Source: Blastocatellia bacterium (GTDB lineage: Bacteria; Acidobacteriota; Blastocatellia; UBA7656). From it: 64,000 bases of DNA. Under the pieces are notes generated by a model that worked only from the letters and a program-made list of their open reading frames with translations, had not been told where the DNA came from and made no database searches. This document shows positions 10,201-18,461 of this stretch, one piece after another (position 1 is the first letter of the stretch; each line of letters starts with the position of its first letter). The stretch is taken from assembly GCA_963765495.1 (NCBI GenBank), contig CAVXWP010000007.1, forward strand, positions 736,001-800,000, in the 5' to 3' direction. The translations under genes were made by a program, and so were the position numbers.

Positions 10201-10741
10201 TTTCCATAACGGGGCGCAGGTCGCGCTCGGCGGCATTGTGATGGACCTCAACGTGCGCACGACCAAAAAAGGCGACCGCTTTGCGCTCTTACAACTCGAA
10301 GATCAATTCGGCTCCGTCAAAATCGTAGCCTGGCCCGATCTCTATTCAAAATCGAACGGCGTTCTTCAAAACGACGCGCTGGTGCTTGTCAAAGGGCGGC
10401 TCGAAGTCGATGACGGCGGCGCGATGTCTGTGATCGCAGATGAGGTGCAGGCTCTTGAAAACATCCGCGAACGAAGCGCAGGCATAATGGTGCTTTATTT
10501 CAACGTCGAGGTGATAGATCAGGAGCGGCTGGAGCGGCTCTACAATTTGCTGGATTCTCACCGGGGCGATTGCCAGATCGTCTTTGAAGTGACGCTTGAT
10601 GACGGCTCTATAGCCCGCGTACAGCCAAACCAGTTTGTTCGCGTCAAGGTATCGCCCGAGTTGACAAATTCGATCAAAGAGACTCTGGGCGATTGTCACG
10701 TGGAACTCGTCGTCCAGAGGGCATTCGGCGCAAACGGCTGA
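7238..10741 (+). CDS. dnaE: DNA polymerase III alpha subunit
   Basis: PHP FVHLHLHTDFSLLDG; GRGSAAGS; PDIDIDF; LKMDFL; FNRAHS; C-terminal OB fold. Confidence 0.97.
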   Translation: MNEKDFVHLHLHTDFSLLDGAIQIKPLAQRAIETGARAVAVTDHGNMYGAISFYNQMKGSGIKPIIGMEAYIARGKHTDRGDATGERGTNHIILLAKNLAGYHNLARLSSFAFTEGYYYKPRIDKELLAKHSEGIIALSACLSGVPSSLLLKDKFDDAARQAMEFEDILGKGNYYLEVQNHNLEEETGTVIPGMLELSKKTGIPLVATNDCHYLMRDDWRAHDILVCIGAGKTVNEKRGLKYKEGEFYVRTAKEMWLIFGKDMPDALLNTVAIAEMCELELPKGQNHLPVYRVPEGETTDSYFAKMARRGLEERWENVKDRPDRKYDLDDYRLRLEQEIDVITQMGFPGYFLIVWDFIAYARKNNIPVGPGRGSAAGSLVAYSLRITDIDPLQYDLLFERFLNPERVSMPDIDIDFCVRGRQQVINYVADYYGRDHVSQISTFGTMASKAVIKDVGRALEMPYSEVDKIAKMIPPPVRGRNVSIEDAIKQNPDLKRAIDTDQRVQDLIEIARRLEGCSRHSSVHAAGVVISPKPLYELVPVSKTSRDEITTQYSMSDLEKTGMLKMDFLALTTLTIIDDCLKSIERETGAMLDIAKIPLDDQAALQLFADGKTEAIFQFESEGMKDICRRLKPDGLEDLSALNALYRPGPIDSGMVDDFIERRHGRRKVRYDFPELKEVMGNTLGICVYQEQLMAVFQKLAAYSLGEADLVRRAMGKKKREELDKHKVKFLKQATERGHDRAKLEKLWQSFEGFADYAFNRAHSFSYGYLAYQTAYLKAHFPTHFWAAVLSNELNNTAKVVKYINEARAQGIEILPPDVNASLDCFTATGDKIRFGLAAIKGIGQSAVSSVVEARNTGGPFRSIFDFTDRVDSRAVNKRVLESLIRAGAFDSLNNRRAQMFAAIDPAIESGQRLQRSRATGQTDLFGALASTMAVADAPLPDIAEWQPQELLKGEKETLGFYISGHPLMRFQDALKDFANADVDRLSTFHNGAQVALGGIVMDLNVRTTKKGDRFALLQLEDQFGSVKIVAWPDLYSKSNGVLQNDALVLVKGRLEVDDGGAMSVIADEVQALENIRERSAGIMVLYFNVEVIDQERLERLYNLLDSHRGDCQIVFEVTLDDGSIARVQPNQFVRVKVSPELTNSIKETLGDCHVELVVQRAFGANG

Positions 10742-10761
10742 TCGCCGCCTGCCATATTTTT

Positions 10762-10834
10762 GACAGGATTAACAGGATTCTAAAGGATTAACGAGGATTC
10801 TCTCTTAATCTTTTTGAATCCTGTTAATCCTGTC
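10762..10834. repeat. Family B cassette, copy 2
   Basis: GACAGGATTAACAGGATT...AATCCTGTTAATCCTGTC, 73 bp. Confidence 0.9.
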
Positions 10835-10886
10835 TATTTCTTTTTCCGCATCGGTTATAATAAACGTAAGGGATTAGGAGAATGCT

Positions 10887-12077
10887 ATGGCAATAAAGTT
10901 TCCGATCTACATGGACTATCACGCGACGACCCCGTGTGACCCGCGCGTATTTGAGGCGATGCGTCCCTATTTCACGGAGACGTTCGGCAACGCTTCGAGC
11001 CGAAGTCACAGGTTCGGATGGGATGCCGAAGAGGCGGTCGAAAATGCGCGCAAGCAGATGGCCGATCTGGTAGGCGCTTCGCCAAAAGAGATCGTATTTA
11101 CGGCGGGCGCTACCGAATCGGACAATCTCGCCGTCAAGGGCGCAGCAGAGAAGTATCGCGAACGCGGCGACCACATCATCACCGTCGTAACCGAACACGA
11201 CGCGGTGCTCGATTCCTGCAAGACGCTTGAATCGCGCGGATTTGCGGTCACATACCTTCCGGTCGCAAGCGACGGCCTCATATCGCCCGATGATGTGAAA
11301 AACGCAATCACCGATAAGACGATTCTGGTGTCGGTCATGCACGCCAACAACGAGATAGGCGTGATTCAGCCAATAGCCGAGATAGGCGCGATCTGCAAAG
11401 AACGAGAGATACTGTTTCACACAGACGCCACTCAGGCGATCGGCAAAATCCCCTTCGATGTGAACCGGCTGGGCGTAGACCTCGTTTCGCTTTCGGCGCA
11501 CAAGATGTATGGTCCAAAGGGCGTGGGAGTCCTCTATGTTCGCCGCAAGGGGCCGCGCGTTTCGCTAGCGCCCATGTTTGACGGCGGAGGGCAGGAGCGC
11601 GGCATTCGAAGCGGCACGCTCAATGTCACGGGCATAGTCGGATTGGGCAAGGCGGCAGAGATTGCCCAATCCGAACTCGAAAGCGAAAGCGAAAGATTAT
11701 TCGCGCTCCGCGAGCGGTTGCGTCAGGGAATAATGAATGAGATAGAGGGCGTGCATGTCAACGGGTCTGAAAAGAATCGGCTGGCTGGAAACCTCAACCT
11801 CTCGTTTGCACACGTCGAAGGCGAATCGCTTTTGATGAGCCTCAATCGTGACATAGCCGTTTCGTCAGGCTCGGCCTGTACCTCCTCAAGCATCAAGGCC
11901 AGCCACGTTTTGTCTGCTCTCGGGCTGAGCGACGATCTGGCTCATAGCTCTGTCAGGTTCGGGCTCGGCCGCTTTAACACCGAGGAAGAAATTGATTACA
12001 CAATCGGGCGAGTGCGCGAGGTGGTAAAGCAACTCCGAGAGCTTTCGCCCTACTGGGAGGCGGCCGGAAGCATCTGA
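10887..12077 (+). CDS. iscS: Cysteine desulfurase, IscS type
   Basis: [11 protein letters not shown]; [13 protein letters not shown]; [10 protein letters not shown]; SSGSACTS. Confidence 0.92.
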   Translation: MAIKFPIYMDYHATTPCDPRVFEAMRPYFTETFGNASSRSHRFGWDAEEAVENARKQMADLVGASPKEIVFTAGATESDNLAVKGAAEKYRERGDHIITVVTEHDAVLDSCKTLESRGFAVTYLPVASDGLISPDDVKNAITDKTILVSVMHANNEIGVIQPIAEIGAICKEREILFHTDATQAIGKIPFDVNRLGVDLVSLSAHKMYGPKGVGVLYVRRKGPRVSLAPMFDGGGQERGIRSGTLNVTGIVGLGKAAEIAQSELESESERLFALRERLRQGIMNEIEGVHVNGSEKNRLAGNLNLSFAHVEGESLLMSLNRDIAVSSGSACTSSSIKASHVLSALGLSDDLAHSSVRFGLGRFNTEEEIDYTIGRVREVVKQLRELSPYWEAAGSI

Positions 12078-12114
12078 AATCTCAGATTTGAGATGTGAGA
12101 TTTGAAATCTGAAA
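12072..12114. repeat. Heptamer (TTTGAGA / TCTGAAA) repeat cassette, family F copy 1
   Basis: ATCTGAAATCTCAGATTTGAGATGTGAGATTTGAAATCTGAAA, overlapping the iscS stop codon. Confidence 0.7.
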
Positions 12115-12125
12115 CAGGGTTCAAG

Positions 12126-13328
12126 ATGAAAGTCTACCTCGACAACAGCGCGACGACGGCGGTAGCTCCCGAAGTGGTTGAAGCCATGCTGCCGTACTTT
12201 TATGAAGAGAGCGGCAACGCGCAATCGGTGCATTCATTTGGCCAGCGCGCAAAGGCGGCAATCGAAAATGCCAGGCGGCAGGTTGCGGCGCTCATCAATG
12301 CTGCGCCCGCCGAGATAGTCTTTGTGTCGGGCGGGACCGAGGCGGATAATCAGGCCGTTCACGGAATCGCCGAAGCTCATAAAGAGCATGGCCGTCACAT
12401 CATAACCACACAGATAGAGCACCCGGCGGTACTGGCTACCTGCGAGGCGCTTGAGCGTTCCGGGTTTACAGTCACATATCTGCCGGTTTCCGACAGTGGC
12501 GTGGTCAGCGTCGAAGATGTGCGCGCTGCTATAGGCGATGAGACGATTTTAATTTCCGTTATGACGGCCAACAACGAAACGGGGGCGCTTCAGCCGATAA
12601 ACGAGATAGGAGCAATCGTGGCCGAAGTTCGCGCGAGTGGTCGGAGGCATCTCTATTTCCACACAGACGCCGTGCAGGCAGCCGCAAAAATCCCTCTCGA
12701 TGTGAAACGGATGGGTGTTGATCTGCTCTCGCTATCCGGGCACAAATTTCACGGACCGAAGGGCGTCGGCGCTCTCTACATAAAAAGAGGCACGCGACTG
12801 GCAAAGTTGATTTACGGCGGCCATCACGAACGTGACCGGCGCGCGGGCACTGAAAATGTCCCCGGCATAGTCGGTTTTGGACGGGCTGCCGAGATGGCCC
12901 GCATCCACCTGGCCGAGCGGGCATCGCGCATGCGCGAGATTCGGGATTATGCCGAGCAGCAATTGACGGCTCGCATAGATGGCGTGCGGGTGAACGGGGA
13001 TGAAATGCGCCGCGTGCCTAACATCCTGAATCTCAGTTTCGAGGGTGTTGACGGCGAGAGCCTTTTGATCGCTCTGGATCTGAAAGGCATAGCCGTGTCA
13101 ACGGGTTCGGCCTGTTCTTCGGGGTCGCTTGAACCGAGCCATGTTCTAACGGCGATGGGTCTCACGCGCGAGGAAGTGCGCGGGAGTCTTCGCTTCAGTC
13201 TGAGCGCATACACTACACGCGAAGAGATTGATTACACGATTGCCGCGCTTGAGGCGACCGTCACCCGGTTGCGAGAAATGCTCCCCGATAAAACGGAGGA
13301 ACCTGCTCTCTTGAAATCTCAGATTTGA
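12126..13328 (+). CDS. Second cysteine desulfurase (NifS/IscS family)
   Basis: VYLDNSATT; SGHKFHGPKG; RRAGTENV; STGSACSS. ATG at 12126 preferred because the upstream extension is repeat-derived. Confidence 0.92.
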   Translation: MKVYLDNSATTAVAPEVVEAMLPYFYEESGNAQSVHSFGQRAKAAIENARRQVAALINAAPAEIVFVSGGTEADNQAVHGIAEAHKEHGRHIITTQIEHPAVLATCEALERSGFTVTYLPVSDSGVVSVEDVRAAIGDETILISVMTANNETGALQPINEIGAIVAEVRASGRRHLYFHTDAVQAAAKIPLDVKRMGVDLLSLSGHKFHGPKGVGALYIKRGTRLAKLIYGGHHERDRRAGTENVPGIVGFGRAAEMARIHLAERASRMREIRDYAEQQLTARIDGVRVNGDEMRRVPNILNLSFEGVDGESLLIALDLKGIAVSTGSACSSGSLEPSHVLTAMGLTREEVRGSLRFSLSAYTTREEIDYTIAALEATVTRLREMLPDKTEEPALLKSQI

Positions 13329-13393
13329 GATTTGAGATTTGAGACGGGGCTGCCGATAGGAGATTTCGATAAAACTTAAATATGAGATTTGAG
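13311..13393. repeat. Family F heptamer repeats, copy 2
   Basis: TTGAAATCTCAGATTTGAGATTTGAGATTTGAGA...TGAGATTTGAG, overlapping the stop codon. Confidence 0.7.
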
Positions 13394-13395
13394 CC

Positions 13396-13755
13396 ATGTA
13401 CAGTCAGCAGGTAGCCGAGCATATCGCAAACCCGCGCAATGTCGGGGAACTCGAATCTCCTTCGGGCACGGGTGATGTAATCAATCAGGCTTGTATGGAC
13501 AGAATAAAATTGACCGTTCGCATTGACGGCGGTCGTTTGACCGAAGCAAGGGTCAAGGCTCATGGCTGCCCGCCGACTATCGCCGCCGCATCGGTCCTGA
13601 CCGAATTGATAATTGGCCGCTCACTTTCCGATGTGGAATCCCTTGGCAGGCAGGACGTAATTGACGCGCTTGGGCGACTGCCTCCCGCAAAGAAACATTG
13701 TGCCGTGCTGGCTATAGACGCATTGCGCGCAGCACTCGAAGACAGTCGCCAGTAG
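13396..13755 (+). CDS. iscU: Fe-S cluster scaffold, IscU/NifU-N family
   Basis: YS..V.EH..NPRNVG; three Cys (ACMD, HGC, LPPAKKHC). Confidence 0.85.
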   Translation: MYSQQVAEHIANPRNVGELESPSGTGDVINQACMDRIKLTVRIDGGRLTEARVKAHGCPPTIAAASVLTELIIGRSLSDVESLGRQDVIDALGRLPPAKKHCAVLAIDALRAALEDSRQ

Positions 13756-13767
13756 ATCGGGCTTTAC

Positions 13768-14646
13768 TTAGACAGAGACAATAGCGCCGCAGCGATGGCA
13801 GAATATCTCTCCAAACGCGATAGTTGACCCGCAATCGGCGCAGATGAACCCCTGTACCTCGTCAACGCAGCGAATCTCTCTGGGCTCCAATTGAATATCC
13901 TGCTCATCCTGAACGAGCCCGGCGACAAGCTCACCCGTGGCAGTAGAGCCCGATTCCAGAGCCTCGATGGCGGTCTCTGTCGGGGCGCTCAAATCGCCTG
14001 TGGATTCTTTCTCGACCGCGCTCTGATCATGCAAGTCGAGGTCTGTGTCATCATCGAACCAGGTTGAAGTATCCATCGCCGGACTGTCTTCGGCGAGTCT
14101 TCGCGTATCCGATCTGAGTGATAAAAGGATGCCACCCATGCGTGTTACTATTTGATCGACGGGTTCAGCCTCTTTCGGGCTATCGTCTTTGTGGCTATAG
14201 TCCGCAGGAGCAACACAAGCGGGCATCTCTTCGACAATCTCATCTTTTACAAACTCGACGAGCGGGCCCGTAATAGGTTCGACGGGCAATTCCATCTCCT
14301 GGTGCGGAGCCATCTCCAGCGGATCGTCAAGGTGTATCTGAGATTCTTCGATTTCTGCGACCGGCAATATCTCTACCGGCAAGATTTCTGCCGGTGCTGT
14401 TTCTACTGGTGCTGCTTCTGTCGGTGCTGTTTCGATAATCTCTTCTTCCGAGTCCGCTTCGTTGAATGGCTGCGCCTCGGCGTCGAGGTCCCGGGATCCA
14501 TCTGCCACACTAACCTGCTCTTCGGGCGAAAGATTACTGAAGGCCAGCAGATCATTATAAAGCTCGATTTCAAGATTTTCGTCCGAGCAGGAGTTGATCA
14601 GACCTGAATTCGAACCCATATCAGACATCTTATAATCCAATTGCAT
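13768..14646 (-). CDS. Acidic, low-complexity hypothetical protein with C-terminal zinc ribbon
   Basis: D/E-rich; pentapeptide repeats ETAPT/EAAPV/ETAPA/EILPV; CADC..CHRC. Confidence 0.7.
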   Translation of the reverse strand: MQLDYKMSDMGSNSGLINSCSDENLEIELYNDLLAFSNLSPEEQVSVADGSRDLDAEAQPFNEADSEEEIIETAPTEAAPVETAPAEILPVEILPVAEIEESQIHLDDPLEMAPHQEMELPVEPITGPLVEFVKDEIVEEMPACVAPADYSHKDDSPKEAEPVDQIVTRMGGILLSLRSDTRRLAEDSPAMDTSTWFDDDTDLDLHDQSAVEKESTGDLSAPTETAIEALESGSTATGELVAGLVQDEQDIQLEPREIRCVDEVQGFICADCGSTIAFGEIFCHRCGAIVSV

Positions 14647-14793
14647 CGGGTCATTTCTCCAGGGGGTCGAAAGCAGGGGCAGGACGATTTTACGACAAGA
14701 TGCCCGCCATTTCTATACAAATTGTTGTCCGGCGGTGAGGGGTGCTAACATCTCTTCGCGACTTGCAGCAAAGGTTTCGACCGCACAGATGAT

Positions 14794-15801
14794 ATGCCAA
14801 AGGAATCCGAAATAATCTCGCGAATCAGGTCCCGCGCCGGGGCGAGTGGGCGCGTCCTTGTTCCCATAGGGGATGACGCGGCTGTAATCAGTTGGGCGGG
14901 CGGAAACCACCTGATCGCCTGTTGTGACCTGATGGTCGAAGGCGTGCACTTTAAGACCGAATGGGGAGTGCCCCGGTTGCTGGGCCGTAAGGCGCTTGCC
15001 GTCACCTTGAGCGATGTGGCGGCAATGGGTGGTACCCCTCTGTTTGCGATGATAAGCCTTGCTATTCCCGGGTCGATCTCGGCGGAATTCACCGATGAGG
15101 TATTGGCAGGCATCTTTGACATGGCCGAACAGAGCGGCGTCTCGATCATCGGCGGAGACACATCAAGCGCGCCCGATTCGTTGTTTATTGATACAAGCGT
15201 GATAGGCGAATGCGCAAACGGCAGGGCCATCACTCGCGGCGGTGCACGTGCAGGCGATATCATTTTTGTCACCGATTCGCTTGGCGGATCATCACTCGGA
15301 CTCTCGCTGTTGCAGCAGGGATTTAGATTGGATGATGAATCGAAATCCGAAAAAGGAGCATCAAGAAGACGCGCAATCGAGAGACACCTGGCGCCCGAGC
15401 CACGCCTGAAATTTGGCCGCGCGCTTGGTGAAGCGGCACTGGCCACGGCTATGATTGATATAAGCGACGGCCTCAGTACCGATCTTTCTCACATTCTTGA
15501 AGAGAGCGGTTGCGGAGCGATCATTCGGGCGGGTGCGATCCCAGTTGCTGAAAGTGTTGTCCGGCTCCGAGATGCCGGTTTGGAAATCTCTCCCTTGAAT
15601 CTGGCTCTGCACGGCGGAGAAGAGTACGAGTTGCTCTTTACCATTTCACCTGAAAATCGTGAGAGCGCGCGCGAGTTAGCAATCGAGAATGGCGCGTCGA
15701 TCACCGAGATAGGAGAGATAATCTCAGGCGAGGGATTGCAGATTGAGCGTGATGGAGCGTTGGAAGATGTTCGGCCCCTAGGGTATGAGCATGTTATCTA
15801 A
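14794..15801 (+). CDS. thiL: Thiamine-monophosphate kinase
   Basis: IGDDAAV; EGVHF; SDVAAMGG; IIGGDT; MIDISDGL; GGEEYELLFT. Confidence 0.95.
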   Translation: MPKESEIISRIRSRAGASGRVLVPIGDDAAVISWAGGNHLIACCDLMVEGVHFKTEWGVPRLLGRKALAVTLSDVAAMGGTPLFAMISLAIPGSISAEFTDEVLAGIFDMAEQSGVSIIGGDTSSAPDSLFIDTSVIGECANGRAITRGGARAGDIIFVTDSLGGSSLGLSLLQQGFRLDDESKSEKGASRRRAIERHLAPEPRLKFGRALGEAALATAMIDISDGLSTDLSHILEESGCGAIIRAGAIPVAESVVRLRDAGLEISPLNLALHGGEEYELLFTISPENRESARELAIENGASITEIGEIISGEGLQIERDGALEDVRPLGYEHVI

Positions 15802-15816
15802 AGAGATACGCTCGCC

Positions 15817-15919
15817 GATGCGCGATGCGCGATGCGTGATACGCGATCTTACAAGGGACTTGCCTGTTAAAAACAACTTGCAAGCCTGCTTTCGTCACGC
15901 ATCACGCATCACGTTTCAC
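15817..15919. repeat. Family C inverted heptamer cassette (GCGTGAT / ATCACGC), copy 1
   Basis: Inverted heptamer arms around core CCTGTTAAA (15863); lies between convergent genes. Confidence 0.85.
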
Positions 15920-15922
15920 TAT

Positions 15923-18181
15923 TTACTGCGCAGTTACCGTCACCTTGCTTGTGCCTACGTTCGAGCTTGAATCAGCCACGCGAAATGCGATTACGTGTTC
16001 ACCCGGCCGGTCGAAACTCACCCTGACCTTGAAGCTCTCTTTTGATGAATCGGCGATCCCATCTGCCGGAAAAACGAGCTTCCAATCGCCTCCGTCTACG
16101 CTGTATTCGCCTCTGACAACGCGGCTCGTAAGGTCTTCCGTCTCGAAGCCGACCTCTGCCGTCTGCCCTTTTACCGTTGGGCCGTTTACCTTGATCGAAG
16201 GCGGCGTGTTGTCTATCTCTATGTTGTCGCTTACCTCTTCATTGGTAAGCGCGAGGCTTTCAGGGTTGCTTGGCTGATCGCTTGCCACCACCTTGAAATG
16301 ATATGTGCCGTCGGGCAGGCGGTTGCCGTCTATTGTGTAGTACTCCACCGACAGGTTATCTGCCAGCACGTGCCATTCGTTGTCGCCAATCGTTCTATAC
16401 AAAATCTTATAGGTCAGGGTATCGCTGTTCGGGTCGGTCCCCTGCCATGTGATCGAGCGAGCGCCCTTTTGAAAGAAACGGCGCGGCGGCACAGAGGACA
16501 CAAGCCCGAATAGTTGCGGATCGAGACCCGAAGAGGCGATTGACGGGTCAATGGCAAGAGGCGTTTCTTGCAGGGCTATGCCCGGCGGCAGGATGGTTAC
16601 GGAACCGACCTCCGGGGCCTGATTGCGCGGCAGATAAGCGATGACGACCGACTGCAATCGCGTGGTGGAATCCGCGCCCGTCGCCTGTGGAGGGCGCGTT
16701 GTGCCGGACTGGCCTGCTGCTGCGCTCTTCAAAACGGCCCGCCACTGTATAAATCGCGCGCGCGGGCTCGTGACCTGATCGCCTGATGCGTTTGCGTAAG
16801 CGGGCGACCAATCGCTCCACGTAGCGTCGGGGCTTTCGGTATTGCCGCTGCGGGTTCGAATCTCGATTCTGCCCGAACCGCGCCAGTTTATGATTCCCCA
16901 TTGCCCCGCGAATTTCGTGTCGTGCACCGGAGAAAGATATGTCCCTTCGCTTACGGTTTCGGGGCTGATTCGATAAAGCCGCCCGAGATTGCTTGAAGTT
17001 GCATACAGTTTATCGCTCGCCGTGAGCAGCGTGGATGTCTGGTCTTCGGGTGATTGAATCAAAAGAGTCTGTGTGTGATCCGGCGCGATTTTGTATATCC
17101 TGCCCTTCTCGCCCGTGCCAAGCAGCACGTTCCCGTCCGCCATCAAATCGAGGCCAAAGCCTACGGCTGTCTTCGATTGCCAGTAGACTTCGCTGCCGCC
17201 GTCGGGGAGTATGCGAAAGACCGCGCTCTTGGCTCCCGTCGCGCTCGATTGACTCGCCGAAGAGCTTTGAGTGAGCAGCCCTGACAGATTTGCCGTTTGA
17301 GTAGTGCCCGATGAATCATCGTCATCGGATGTCGAGATCGTAATTACGTTATCGCTTGAAAGGGTCGTGGTCGTAGAGGTGCCCAGGCTGCTCGATGATT
17401 TGCTCGATGCCTGCTGATTGATGCCAAGGGCATAAATTGACCCGTCTGCCCCTACCGACAGGGCGTGAATTTCCTGAAGGGGCGAATCAAACAGAGCGAA
17501 TGTCTTGCCGTCGGGCGACACCCGCAGCACAAGCCCCGAAGGATCGGTCCCGGCGATTACGTTGCGATTTTTATCCAGAGCGAGCGAGACTATGTTGGTC
17601 TCGTTTGTATCTGCCAGCACCTGTCCTTTGCCCGTAGCGTCTATCTTGTAGATGACTCCCTTATCGCCCGTGCCTGCGTAGAGGGTCGAGGTCGCGGGAT
17701 CGAAAGCAAGCGACCAGATGTACTTATCCCCGGGGTCGAAAAATACCGAGTCGCGTCCTTCGGGTGTGATCTTATAAATCTTGCCGTCGGGGCTTGTCCC
17801 GGCATAGACATTGCCTTGCGCGTCGGTCGCAATCGCGTAAACGTCAAGCTCGGGGGAATCGAAAAGCAGACGGCCCGTTCCGTTTGGTTCTACCTTGAAG
17901 ACGCGCCCTTCGTGGCCGGTTCCCAGATAAATATTCCCCGCCCGGTCTGTGGCGCTCGACCAGATATATGCCTCTTTTGTGTCATAGACCAGGTTGAAAT
18001 CTTTTGCGAGCGTGATCGTGCCGTTTTCGGCAATCGAGACGCCGCGCGCATCGCCTTTGATAATATCTGCCTGACTTGAAACTTCCCAGAATACGGGGCC
18101 GCCGCCAAATACCGGTCCCCCAAGCGCCACAAACGCAAGCAGGGCCAGTGCCGGCCTGTAAAGATGCGATCTTCTAAACAT
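15923..18181 (-). CDS. Exported beta-propeller protein with C-terminal Ig/Fn3-like domains
   Basis: Signal peptide; repeated YIWSLA..D..G.(I/L)YAGT...G.(I/V)YKI blades; Ser/Thr-rich linker. Confidence 0.8.
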   Translation of the reverse strand: MFRRSHLYRPALALLAFVALGGPVFGGGPVFWEVSSQADIIKGDARGVSIAENGTITLAKDFNLVYDTKEAYIWSSATDRAGNIYLGTGHEGRVFKVEPNGTGRLLFDSPELDVYAIATDAQGNVYAGTSPDGKIYKITPEGRDSVFFDPGDKYIWSLAFDPATSTLYAGTGDKGVIYKIDATGKGQVLADTNETNIVSLALDKNRNVIAGTDPSGLVLRVSPDGKTFALFDSPLQEIHALSVGADGSIYALGINQQASSKSSSSLGTSTTTTLSSDNVITISTSDDDDSSGTTQTANLSGLLTQSSSASQSSATGAKSAVFRILPDGGSEVYWQSKTAVGFGLDLMADGNVLLGTGEKGRIYKIAPDHTQTLLIQSPEDQTSTLLTASDKLYATSSNLGRLYRISPETVSEGTYLSPVHDTKFAGQWGIINWRGSGRIEIRTRSGNTESPDATWSDWSPAYANASGDQVTSPRARFIQWRAVLKSAAAGQSGTTRPPQATGADSTTRLQSVVIAYLPRNQAPEVGSVTILPPGIALQETPLAIDPSIASSGLDPQLFGLVSSVPPRRFFQKGARSITWQGTDPNSDTLTYKILYRTIGDNEWHVLADNLSVEYYTIDGNRLPDGTYHFKVVASDQPSNPESLALTNEEVSDNIEIDNTPPSIKVNGPTVKGQTAEVGFETEDLTSRVVRGEYSVDGGDWKLVFPADGIADSSKESFKVRVSFDRPGEHVIAFRVADSSSNVGTSKVTVTAQ

Positions 18182-18183
18182 CA

Positions 18184-18217
18184 CAATAGTCCTTTCCAAA
18201 CAATAGTCCTTTCCAAA
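18184..18217 (-). repeat. Exact 17-bp tandem duplication spanning the RBS
   Basis: CAATAGTCCTTTCCAAA x2 (minus strand TTTGGAAAGGACTATTG). Confidence 0.85.
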
Positions 18218-18284
18218 AATTAAAGCCCGCGCCGGGTGCGGGCCAGGGCGAACTGGTTTCCAAAATGTAGAACTGGAAAATCAG

Positions 18285-18388
18285 AATAGGCCACGGATGA
18301 ACGCGGATCGGACGGATTTACGCGGATATGCCCCTGTATGAGCTAATCCGTGTTCATCCGTCGCATCCGCGTTCATCCGTGGCCTATT
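18285..18388. repeat. Family A cassette, copy 3
   Basis: AATAGGCCACGGATGAACGCGGAT...ATCCGCGTTCATCCGTGGCCTATT; core ATGAGCTAATCCG. Confidence 0.9.
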
Positions 18389-18461
18389 GCCATTCGTCTT
18401 TCGTTCAAATTAACCTTCAATACTGCTGACGCCGAATACCTACAGATCAAAGATCGTCACC

